Of a DNA stretch of 64,000 nucleotides, positions 41,375-52,845 are shown piece by piece (positions within the stretch are counted from its first letter, which is position 1; each line of letters opens with the position of its first letter). Under the pieces are notes generated by a model. The model did not search any database and was not told the DNA's origin. It worked only from the letters and a program-made list of their open reading frames with translations. Source of the DNA: Camelus dromedarius (lineage: Eukaryota); assembly GCF_036321535.1 (NCBI RefSeq), contig NC_087436.1, forward strand, positions 18,540,001-18,604,000, read 5' to 3'. The translations under genes and the position numbers were made by a program.

Positions 41375-41811
41375 TATACACTGATTTGCAGATTGTATAT
41401 CCATGTGAGTGTTTTAAGTTTGTTTTTGGAGAGATCACTTAAGTAGAGTTCTAGGAAGGTATTTTAGAGTTTGTATTTTTGATCACTCCAAAAATGGGAT
41501 TGTTGAATAAAAATTTACCCTGTAGCAAGCTAAAGAACAGCCAGCTCCCCTTAACTAGTCACCAATAGCATGGAGTGCCTGTGAAAAAAATCAAGGTGAG
41601 GATAACCTATTATTCTTTAAAATATGTATATACATGTCTTCAAATGACAGCCATCCTTTTCAGAATTGCTTGCATTGGAGAGCTAGACAACTTCTTTCAG
41701 CCATACTGCTATTGTTCTAAACATTTTAGGAACTTCTTTTGTAATTAGCTTTGGGACTAATTAAGGAATCATATTAAAGAAAAAGCTAGTCTTATTATGT
41801 TGTAATCATTT

Positions 41812-42685
41812 TTTTTGTAAGCTATCTATTCTATTTAATTTAAAAAAATTTTTAATTGGAGGATAGTCAATTTACAAAGTTGTATTTATTTCTGGTGTAC
41901 AGCATAGTGATTCAGTTTATATACATATATATATTCCCTTTCATATTATTTCTCATTACAGGCTATTATAAGATATTGAATATAGTTCTCTGTGCTATAC
42001 AGTATGAGCATGTTGTATATCTATTTTATATGTAGTAGCTTGTATCTGCAAATCCTGAATTCCTAATTTATCCCTCCTCCCCCATTTCCCTGGTAACCAT
42101 AAGTTTGTTTCCTATGTCTGTGAGTCTGTTTCTGTTTCGTAAATAAGTTCCTTTGTGTCATTTTTTAAGATTCCACATGTAAGTGATATTATATAGTATT
42201 TTTCTTTCTTTTTCTGGCTTATTTCACTTCGAATGACAATCTCCAGTTCCATCCATGCTGCTGCAAATGGCATTATTTTATTCTTTTTTATGTCTGAGTA
42301 GTATTCCATTATTTATCTAATCATCTGTCAATGGACATTTAGGTGTTCCATGTCTTGGCTATTGTAAATAGTGCTGCTATGAACATTGGGGTACATGTGT
42401 CTTTTTGAATTAAAATTTTCTCTAGTTATATGCCGAGGAGTGGGATTGCTAGGTCATGTAAGTCTATTTTTAGTTTTTTGAGGATTCTCCGTACTGTTTT
42501 CCATAGGCACCAAACTACCTTCCTACCAACAGTGTAGGAGGGTTCCCTTTTTTCCACACCTTCTCCCGCAGTTGTCGTTTGTGCACTTTTTAATGATGGC
42601 CATTCTGACCAGTGTGAGGTGATACCTCATTGTAGTTTTGATTTGCATTTCTCTGTTAATTAATGATATTGGGCATTTTTTCATG
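41812..42685 (-). mobile_element. 5'-truncated LINE-1 (ORF2 C-terminus plus 3'UTR)
   Basis: Track ORF 42112..42309 MEYYSDIKKNKIMPFAAAWMELE is the L1 ORF2 C-terminus; T-rich tail at the left end. Confidence 0.9.
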
Positions 42686-42699
42686 TGCTGTAGTCAGTT

Positions 42700-42893
42700 T
42701 TTTCTTCTGTTTTTGTTTTCATTTATTTATTTTTTTATTGACGTATAGTCAGTTTAAAATGTTGTATCAATTTCTAGGGTACAGCATAGTGGTTCAGTCA
42801 TACATATACATATATATTCATTTTCATATTTTTCATTGTAGATTACTACAAGATAGTGAATATGGTTCTCTGTGCTATACAGTATAAACTTGT
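42700..42893 (-). mobile_element. Second short L1 3' end
   Basis: T-tail followed by tatagtcagtttaaaatgttgtatcaatttctagggtacagcatagt. Confidence 0.85.
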
Positions 42894-44473
42894 TGTTGTA
42901 GTCATTTCTCATTTAGGCTAAAGCAGTTCTGTCTAGTCAATTACCTTCTGCCTTATTGAATGACCTGATTATTTCTGAAAGCAAAACTTACACTGATGAG
43001 AAAAAGATTTTCTTTTAACCATTCAGGAAATTCAAAATAATTCCCTCTGTGTGTGAAGGAAGGCAGTTCCTAACTGGAGTTCCAAAGTTGTTTTAAACAA
43101 TAGCAAAGTCCTTGGAATATTGCTACCTATTTGAGGCAGACAGCATTCATTTGTTTGGATAAATTCAGGTGTGTCTGTTAAAACCCAGTGGCCTTGCCAT
43201 GTAGCCCTGTCTTTTGAATGTAAATGTCTATGGCATCAAACAGGGATCCACTAGGGCTAACAGACCTCTATAAAGAGAAATGCTATTATTTAAGAAGGAA
43301 TCATTGTGAATTTTAAGCCAGAGTCCCGTGTTCAGTTATAGACTTCAGAAACTCCTAAAAGGAAAGAGAAAAGGCCTTTGTGCCCAAACCAGCCTGTGAT
43401 CTTTCTTTCATCCTCACATGGATTTGTTCAGAGTTGCTAAATACTTATATATAATTAAATCTAAGCTGGCCATCAGGGACCAAAATAATAAAGACTCTGT
43501 GGTCCATATTTTGAAATAGAAGCAGGAAAACATGAACCCTTTGGAGGATGAACCCAGACTTTGATCTTAGCAAAAATATTAATAGTAACAGGATAGAAAT
43601 AAAGACTAAAAATATTTACAAGCTCTTTGTGTTTGGTTATTAATAAAAATGCAAGACTGGTTAAAAAAGAGGGGCTGAAAAGGAAAAGTAATGTACGCCT
43701 CAGCGTAGTATGTACATCAGGTCACATAGATCTGGGGGGTGAGTGGCACGTAATCTGGGACATAGACTGAAGCCCTCCAGTGGGGCCTCCAGCGTTGGGC
43801 ATTTTTAAGCGGCCTCTGTGCCCTTTGGCTGCCATTCTCAGACCCTTTAGACTGGGGGCTGCCAAACTGCTCCTTTCCCACAAAACTTCAGCAGACTTGC
43901 AGGCTGGGCTGGCTGTCTGTACAGGGCAGTCCCTTATATATAAAGCTGTGGCTTCCTCTGGTTACCCACACTGGAGAAACCAGCATCTCAGCAAACCTGG
44001 GGGCCCTTCCATGGCTCAGTAGCTGTGCCCTGTGAACTAAGAAGGGAATATCTCTAATTTGCATTTGATTCAAAAGCTTCTTCTGGAAATGATTTTTGGA
44101 ATTGAAGTGGCGTCCTTTTTTTTCCCCTATAAATACAGTTTCTCTTTTTAAATAAAGTCCATGAATAATTTCCCTTTCTGCCAGAGATGGGCTTACTTTT
44201 ATTTTTCCGAAGACCTAAAGTGTTGGGGGACAGGCATTTCCTTGTGCCCCTGAGGGCTGCATGACATTATGACCCCGTGGTCCTGCCAGGTCACTTTCAG
44301 GGAAGGAAGGCCTGCAGTGGGGAGGTAGGACCCCCTGAAGTGTCCTCACATGCACCACTCTGCCCTGGTTCCAACTTGTGTTTGGCTGCCTCAAACCTCC
44401 GTGGAAAGAAAGAATTAATAACAAAGGCTGATTGTCTGGGACAGAAGAATCACAGATGAGTACCTCCAATCTT

Positions 44474-44644
44474 TTTTTTTTTTCTTCAGATTTTTAATTT
44501 TTAATTTATTATCATTTTTTATTTTTAGGGGAGGAGATAATTAGGTTTATTTACTTTTTAATTTTTTAATGGAGGTACTGGGAATTGAACCCAGGACCTC
44601 ATGCATGCTAAACAGGTCTCTATCACTGAGCTATACCCTCCCCC
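44474..44644 (-). mobile_element. tRNA-Ala-derived SINE (camelid vic-1-like)
   Basis: Reverse complement similar to the 15387 copy; imperfect TSD acctccaatctt / acttcaaatctt. Confidence 0.85.
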
Positions 44645-44774
44645 ACTTCAAATCTTGATAAAACAACTGAATAGAAAGTTGGTGATTTTAAAGATATCTC
44701 AAAATGTTGACATCACCAAATACATTCTACTTTCCATTTTTTTCACCTTAGCTGAGGAGGCTAACATGCTTTCT

Positions 44775-45085
44775 TAACTGAGTGAAGGAAACCAGACACT
44801 AAAGGCCAAGTAGGGTATGATTCCATTTATATGAAATATCCAGAACAGACAAATCCACAGAAATAGAAAGCAGATTAGTGATTGCCAAGGGCTGGGCTGG
44901 TGGGGAGTGGGGAGTGACTGCTTAATGGGCATGGGGTTTCCTTTTGGAGTGCTGGCAAAGTTCTGGCACTAGATAATGGTAATGGTTGTGCCACACTGCA
45001 GAAGTACTTAATCCCACTGAGTTGTACATTTTAAAATGGTTAAAATGGTAAATTTTATGCTATACGTATCTTACTACAATAGATT
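44775..45085 (+). mobile_element. Old L1 3' end (L1MB/MC-like)
   Basis: gtatgattccatttatatgaaatatccagaacagacaaatccacagaaatagaaagcagattagtg. Confidence 0.8.
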
Positions 45086-45309
45086 TTTTAAGTCTCCCTT
45101 AAGTAAAGCGCAGGTTAAATGCAATAGTGAGAATAATTGTTAAGTCATTTGCACTCAATATCTTACTAGTAATTTTTAGAGCAATCAGGCTGTCTCTTAG
45201 AAACATTTTGATTATTGGACAAAAATCAGAAAATTGTGATGAACAGGTGAGGTTAGGGTTAATCATGTGAGGAAAAAACGAGAAAGCAGGTCATGGCAGC
45301 CTGACTTGA

Positions 45310-45882
<573 letters not shown>

Positions 45883-47210
45883 AGATTTTGATACTGAGAA
45901 GTACGGTGTTGCTGTAACAAATACCTAAATTATGGAAGCAGCTTTGGAACTGGGTGATGAGTAGAGGCTGGAAGAGTTTTAAGGTGCATGCTGGAAATAT
46001 GGATGTTAAGGGCAATTCTGGTGAAGTCTCAGATGGAAACAAGGAACATGTTATCAGAAACTGGAAGGAAGGTGATCTTTGTTATACAGAGGCAAAGAAC
46101 CGGGCTGAACTGTGTTCTAGTGTTTTGTGGAAGATAGAATTTGTGGGTGATGAAATTGGATATATAGCTGAGGATATTTCTGAGCAGAGTGTTGAAGGAG
46201 TGGCTTGATTTCTCTTCACTGAGGAATGAGGGAAGAGAGAGATGAACTGAAGAAGAAATTGTTGAGCAAAGGAACCAGAACTTGAAGATTTGTGAAATCC
46301 TCATCCTATCTATATTGAAAACAGTGAGGAAGTGTGTTCTGAAGAGAACACCAAAGGTGTGGCTGCTTTATTATGCGATAGATAAAAGTTTATGGGATTA
46401 TAGGAGCAGAAACACTGCTGGTTTGAACTGAAGGGGACAGAGATGGGACAAAATGAAGGAAGGCTGTCAGACTTCCTGTCTTATGTCAAGACAGAACCAT
46501 AGATCTATCTGGCTGTAAGCTTGTGCTTTCCTAAAGGAAAGGGAAGAACAGCACCCAGTAAGACTCAGAGATTGTGAGGACTGCTGCTCCCACTCCCAGG
46601 GCAAGGCTGTCTCCTCTTCAGTTACACAGGTAGGGCCACCCCTACCCTGCCCCGCTCTTGTTTCTGTGGATCAGGAGGGTCCCACCCAGTGCCTCAGGAG
46701 TGGAGCTGCCCTGTGGAACTGTAGGGACCAAGTGCCCCAAGCCTTGGGGGCGTAACTCCTGTCTGGCAAAGACTTGGAGATGTGGGACTCCTGCCCCAGT
46801 GAGTACAGAAGGCAGAGCATCAAACCAAAGAGGATTTTTCTCAAGACTTAATGTCTGATGGAATTTGCCTTGTTAGGTTTTGGACTCGCTTAGGACCCAC
46901 CACCACCTTTTCCTTTTTTCCTATTTCTCCCTCCTGGAATGGGAATTCCAGCCCATGGAATATATTGGAATATATGTTGGAAGCATACAACTTGTCTGTT
47001 TTCATAGGTTCACAGCTGAAGAGGAATTTTTGCCTCAGGATGAATCACCTCTCAAGTTTCACCCATATCTGATTTAGATGATGTTTAAATAAGTTTTTGG
47101 AATTTAGAGTTGATGCTGGAATGAATTAAGACTTATAGGCTGTTGGGATGGAATGAATATATTTTGCAGTCAAGAAGGACATGGATTTGAGGGGGGGGGC
47201 AGGCGCAGAA
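45883..47210 (+). mobile_element. MaLR internal sequence (MLT1A/MST-int-like)
   Basis: agattttgatactgagaag...gctgtaacaaatacctaaa...gctttggaactgggtgatg.gtagaggctggaagagttt; G-rich PPT at 47190-47210. Confidence 0.75.
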
Positions 47211-47611
47211 TGTTTAGACTAAATGTTTGTTCCCCTCACCCCCCAATTCATATGTTGAAGCCTTAACCTCCAATGTGATGGTATTTGGAGATGGGACCAT
47301 CGGGATGCAATTAAGTCATGAGGGTAGGGTCTTCATGATGGGATTAGTGCACTTATAAGGAGGAGAAGGGGAGAAAGAGAGAGTGAAAGAGAGAAAGAGA
47401 AAAAGAGAGACAGACAGAGAGACAGAGAATATCTCTCTTTCTCCAGGCAAGTACAGAGGAAAGGCCATATGAGGATGCAGCAGAGGCAGCTGTATGCAGT
47501 CCAAGGAGAAAGAACTCTCACCAGACACTGACCCTGCTGTCACCTTGAGCTTGGCTTTCCAGCCATCCAGTCTATGATACTGGGTTTTTGCAGCCTGAGC
47601 TGCCTAAGACA
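47211..47611 (+). mobile_element. MLT1A-type MaLR LTR
   Basis: aattcatatgttgaagccttaacctccaatgtgatggtatttggagatggg...gcagcctgagctgcctaagaca. Confidence 0.85.
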
Positions 47612-50600
47612 CCTGGTGAGTCTCAGTAAAGAAGAGATAAAATGAGAATTAGGTGGGAGCATGCTGAAGACAGACCTGCTCTCTTGTGTTTGCTCCAGGC
47701 TGATTGTACCTTGGAGCAGGAGATCTTAGATTCAGGAAACTGTGTGAGTTTATCAAGATGGTAGTCCTTCTTACCAAACCTCTCCACAGGCATAAGGAAG
47801 CATGCCCCAGCAGAGAGCCCAGTGCAAGCCATTAAACAAGGCAACTGAAGCGTCACCTGTCCATATGTTCCTCAGGAGACTAAAATCAAAGTGAATATGT
47901 ATTTGAAATTCTTTGATGGAGAACGATCATGTTCTTCGACCCAAATTCCTGAGTCATGAATGCACCATAAAGTGTTTGGAGTTGTTGCAACTGTGCATGT
48001 TTACTTTTACTGATGATTGCTCAATGACTTCCTGATGCTGGAGGGAGGGTGGTGGGGTGGGGAGGGAAAGATGATCACATGCAAAAGTTTGCACGGATAA
48101 AAGCCCAAACTCTCAACTACACATACATTTTCCATAGTTGTACTTTTCAGCAAACATGAGGGTCAAATGACTTCTTGGTATTTGTGTGTGGGGAAACACT
48201 TAGTTTGAAATGAGTGCCTCCAAAGGGAAGTTTCAGAAGTCACATCTCTGTGTTTTGTAGGGTTATAAAGAAGCAGATCTGACAGAATCCTCCTTTTCTG
48301 AACCCCGTGGCAGTGCAGGGGGCAGTCTGGCCCTTACAGTCTAGCTCTCACTTACCTTTGCAGACTTACCTCCTCATAATCCTCTGCCTCCTCCTCCTCC
48401 CCAGCCCTACACAGCCCCTTACTGCAGCCACATTGAACTACTTACTCCCTGTGCCCAGAGCTCTGGGGTCTGTGAAGAGTCCATACTTTGCATCTGCATC
48501 TCCCTGGCCTGGAAGTTCCTCTTGTTTTCTTCGTTTGGCACAGTTCCTTCCACCTCCAAACACCCCATGATATTTTATGAGATGTAAGAAACCTTAGACA
48601 TCACATCACAATGGCCAGCAATTAATGCTAGAAACAACCTTTGGGAGAATCAAATTTGGCTCTCCTCCTCGGTCTTGTCTTTAGATGGAAAAGGTACCAT
48701 CTTAATTCTTAATTGAACTTGGTAGAAAAATATAAGTGAAAGCATTTGGTAAGAGCAGATTTCCCAAGGGTGGTTGACGACTCTTGTTCTGTTGTGTGAA
48801 ATGCAGGGAAACAATCAGGGACTCCTGAGTCCTTGCCATGCAGGCCAGATCTGTTGTCTGCATCAGCTACAAAGAGATGCTCAGAATGTGCTTTCTCCTG
48901 ACGTGACTGGGCAAGCCTCAGTGCGGTTCTGGCCAGGGAACTGGTGGAGAAGAAAAAGAGAAAGTCCATTACTTGTGCTGTTATTCAGCTTCCTTTGGGT
49001 TCAACTGAACAGTGAGATCAAAGTGGTTTGTTTGTTCAACTAGTTTGCCTTTTAGTGAAGTACTTGTTTGTTTTGTTTTGAGGTAGTTTCTTTGGGAGGG
49101 GGGATTAAGGGCAAAGCAGAGTGGAAATGACTTGTTTCTTCCATGTAATCCTGTAATAACTGCAAGTTTGTTATAGTCTTTTGGTTCCCACAGAGAGGTT
49201 TGTATTTGTGTGTGTGCGCGTGTGTGTGTGCGTGTGTGTATCGGGATGTGGGGAGACAGGAAGCTGAATTGAACCTTGAGAAATTAAGAGAAAGAAACCA
49301 GGGTATGCTGTGGTGGAAAGTGAAATAAAGAGAAATAAATACAGCAGAACCTGGGAAAAGGGATGAGAAACTCACAAAAGATAGTGGGAAGAAAACATAA
49401 AGGTATGTAAAACAGTCAATCAGAAGGGGTTAGGGTTGTGTTGGATCTTCAATAATACTGAATCTATCCTCTTTATTTCAAAGATGAAGGAACTGAAGTC
49501 CAGGGAGCCCACTTTAACCTGGGTCTCCTGCCTCATGAGGTACATGGCTGTGTGCAGTGGGTGGAAGTCAAGGGGTGGGGGAGAGCTCCGACTTAAAGAC
49601 AGGACAGTGATGTAATTTTCTTGCTCACCATCATTAGAGAATAATATTTTAAGTGGCAAAATCATGCCTCTGCTACAAATATAAGATGAACATGCATCAT
49701 AGATTTTGTTTAACTCATTAATTGTTGAGGGAACCAGTAAGATGTTATGGGTTAAAAGAATTCAAAGTAACACACATATATAGGCAGAGAAGGAATACTG
49801 AAATGAATTAACAAATGAATGCAACATGGTGTAGATTTTATCCAACTCATTAATAATTGAGGGAACTTGATAAGAAGTTACAACTGGTTGAGAGGAGAAT
49901 TCAAAGTACCACACACTTACATAGGGGGCATAAGGAGTGCTAAAATGAATTTTAACATTAACAAACACATGTGATATGAATCTATCCACAGGCAGTAATC
50001 AATTGCATTCTCTCCAAAACAGCTAATTAGCATTTGTATGGACAAGAATCATTTGTTTAATTTTCAGCTTTCTACCAATTATGGAGTTGTAAAATAGCTT
50101 AGAAACAATAAAAGGCAGAGATAACCAGGAAGGGTATGCTGAATAGGACATGCAATAATCTTATTTTTTTCCAATTTAAAGTCTTGCACAATTTCAGAAG
50201 TGTGTAATTGGAGCTGAAAAAGATGCTCCTTCATCTTTTTTGGCTCACAAAATTATTAGTTAGTAGTGATGAAACCCAGGCTGATAAAAATGGAGGAATC
50301 AGTGACACAGCCAAGATCCTGCTACTGCCACTGCCTCTGATGGACACTTGCCACCAGCATTGCTAAATGCCCCCTGTTTGGCTATATCCTCAAGATTCAA
50401 AGCCTAGGTCAGAGGCATCAAGTTGACTCAGGTTCCATGCTCTCACTCCAGCTGTCATGGGCAAGGGAGAAGGGCTATCTGGTCACTTGGTATTACTCTG
50501 GCAAGCCAGGACTCATACAGGGGGACTTCCCTCCAAATAGGAAGGATATGTGATTTCCTGGGTAGTAAAAAGAAAAAAACCAATATTTACCGGGGTACAC

Positions 50601-50799
50601 AAAACAATTGGATAGGCTCTAAACTTTTTCTGGAGAAAGATAATATAATAAAGTGGAAGAAATAAAGGCTTTAGACCCTCATGCACCTATGCCAGGCTCT
50701 GCCATTTACTGGCTAAGTTATTGTGGGAAAGTTACAAACCACTCTGAACCCCAGTTATTTCATTTACACCACTCTTACTGGCTATCTCACAGATACTAA

Positions 50800-51315
50800 A
50801 GACTACATGATCTGGTTCATTGTTGTTTCTATGACCTAATCTACTGCTACTCTTTCCATGCTAACTTTGCTCCAGACCCACTGGCTTCCTTGATGTTCTC
50901 TGAATGGACAAACAGCCATCTACCTCAGGCCCTTTGCACTTGCTGATTTTATGCCTGAAAAATCTTTCCCCATGTGACTTGTTTCCTCACCTCCTTCATC
51001 CAGCTCTATTCTCAAGTGTCACCTTGGCTTTGGTAATGCCTTCTCTGACAACCCTATTGAAAATTATACTTCATTCCACCTGGTACTATCTCTCCCTTCT
51101 TCCTCCTTTATTTTTCTCCATAACATTTGTTTCTTGTCTGTCTCCCTTCTCTAAACTATAAGATCCATGAGAGTAGGAAAACTGGTCTGTTTTTACATGG
51201 TTGTATCCCCAGCACCTTGAATATGTCTAGTACCTGAAAAATTGCTCAATAATATCTGATGGATGAATGAATAATTTCAAAGTGCCTGGCATACAGTAGG
51301 TGCCAAATAAATGCT
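50800..51315 (+). mobile_element. L2 LINE 3' remnant
   Basis: cactggcttccttgatgttc...cctcaggccctttgcacttgctg...gtgcctggcatacagtaggtgccaaataaatg. Confidence 0.75.
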
Positions 51316-51625
51316 AATTATTGCTATTTAAAAAAAATGAAACTCTTCTTTCTTTTCCCTTTCCCTGGCTAGCCACCCCCAGGCTGATCTGCTTCCTCAG
51401 AGGACTTTTGATCCAGTCAGGGAATTTTGCAGGTCCAAGAATTTAACCTCCAAATTTCCCAGTTAATCAAAGTGACATTTAACAGTTCATTCTGCTGTTT
51501 TGTCCTTTAATGTATCTGAACTATGATGGGGGTACCAAATGATTTATATTGAAGCTGAGCAAAGCTTGTAAAACTACCTTGAAAGTGTATTTTGAGGCAT
51601 GTGAGAGATACAGCATCTGAACATT

Positions 51626-52183
51626 ATTGGTCAGGATTCTCCAGGGAAACAGAAGATTGATTGATTGATTGGAATTGGCTCACATGTTTTGGGAGGCTGA
51701 CAAATCCCAAGATTTGCAGGGTAAGTTGACAAGGTGGGGACCCAAGAGAGCTGATGGTTTAGTTCCAGTCTGTGTCTGAAGGCCTGAGAACCAGAACAGC
51801 CAATGGTGTAGTTCTCGTCTGAAGGCTGGTCGGCTGGAGGCCCTGGAAATGCTGATGTTTCAGTTTGAGTTTAAAGGCAGGAAAAAAACTGATGTCCCAT
51901 TTCAAAGGCTATTGGGCAGGAACTCTTTTTCACCTGGGGGATGATCAGCTTTTTAGTTCTAGTCAGGCCTTCAACTGATTGGATGAGGCCCACGCACACT
52001 AGGGACACCCACCCACACTAGGGACACCCATTCATTATGGAGGACAATGTGTTTTATTCAGTCTACTGATTTAAATGTTAATCTGATCCAAAACACTCCC
52101 ACTGAAACAACCAGAATAATGTTTGACCAAATATCTTGGCACCCTGTAGCCCAGTCAAGTTCACATATAAAATTAACCATCAC
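51626..52183 (-). mobile_element. MLT2-type (ERVL) solo LTR
   Basis: ttctccagggaaacaga...ttcaactgattggatgaggcccac...cccagtcaagttcacatataaaattaaccatcac. Confidence 0.85.
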
Positions 52184-52214
52184 CGTCACTCTTTTAAACC
52201 CACCATTAAGTCTT

Positions 52215-52845
52215 TTAAAAAAATTTAAAAATTTTAATTGATGAATATTCAGTTTACAATGTTGTGTCAATTTCTGGTGTACAGCATAATGTTTCAGTCA
52301 TACATATGTATATATATATTCCTTTTCATATTCTTTTTCACTATTGGTTACTACAAGATATTGAATATAGCTCCCTGTGCTGTACAGTAGAAAATTGTTG
52401 TTTATCTACTTTATATATACTAGTTCGTATCTACAAATCTCATACTCCCAGTTTATCCCTTCCCAGACCCTTTCCCGCCCTGGTATCTGTAAGTTTATTT
52501 TCTATGTCTGCGAGTCTGTTTCCGTTTTGTAAATAAATACGTTTGTGTCTCTTTTTTTTTTTTTTCAGATTCTACATATAAGTGATATATGGTATTTTGC
52601 TTTCTATTTCTGGCTTACTTCACTTAGAATGATGATCTCTAGGTCCATTTATGTTGCTGCAAATGGCATTATTTTATTCTTTTTGTGGATGAATAGTATT
52701 CCATTGTATGTATGTATATATCCTCTTCTTTATCCAGTCATCTATTGATTGACTTTAAGATTGTTTCCATGTCTTGACTATTGTAAATACTGCTGCTTTG
52801 AACATTGGGTGCATGTGTCTTTTTGAATTAGAGTTTCCTCTGGAT
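52215..52845 (-). mobile_element. 5'-truncated L1 with TSD
   Basis: TSD caccattaagtctt (52201-52214) / caccattaattctt (52846-52859); similar to the 41812-42685 L1. Confidence 0.9.
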
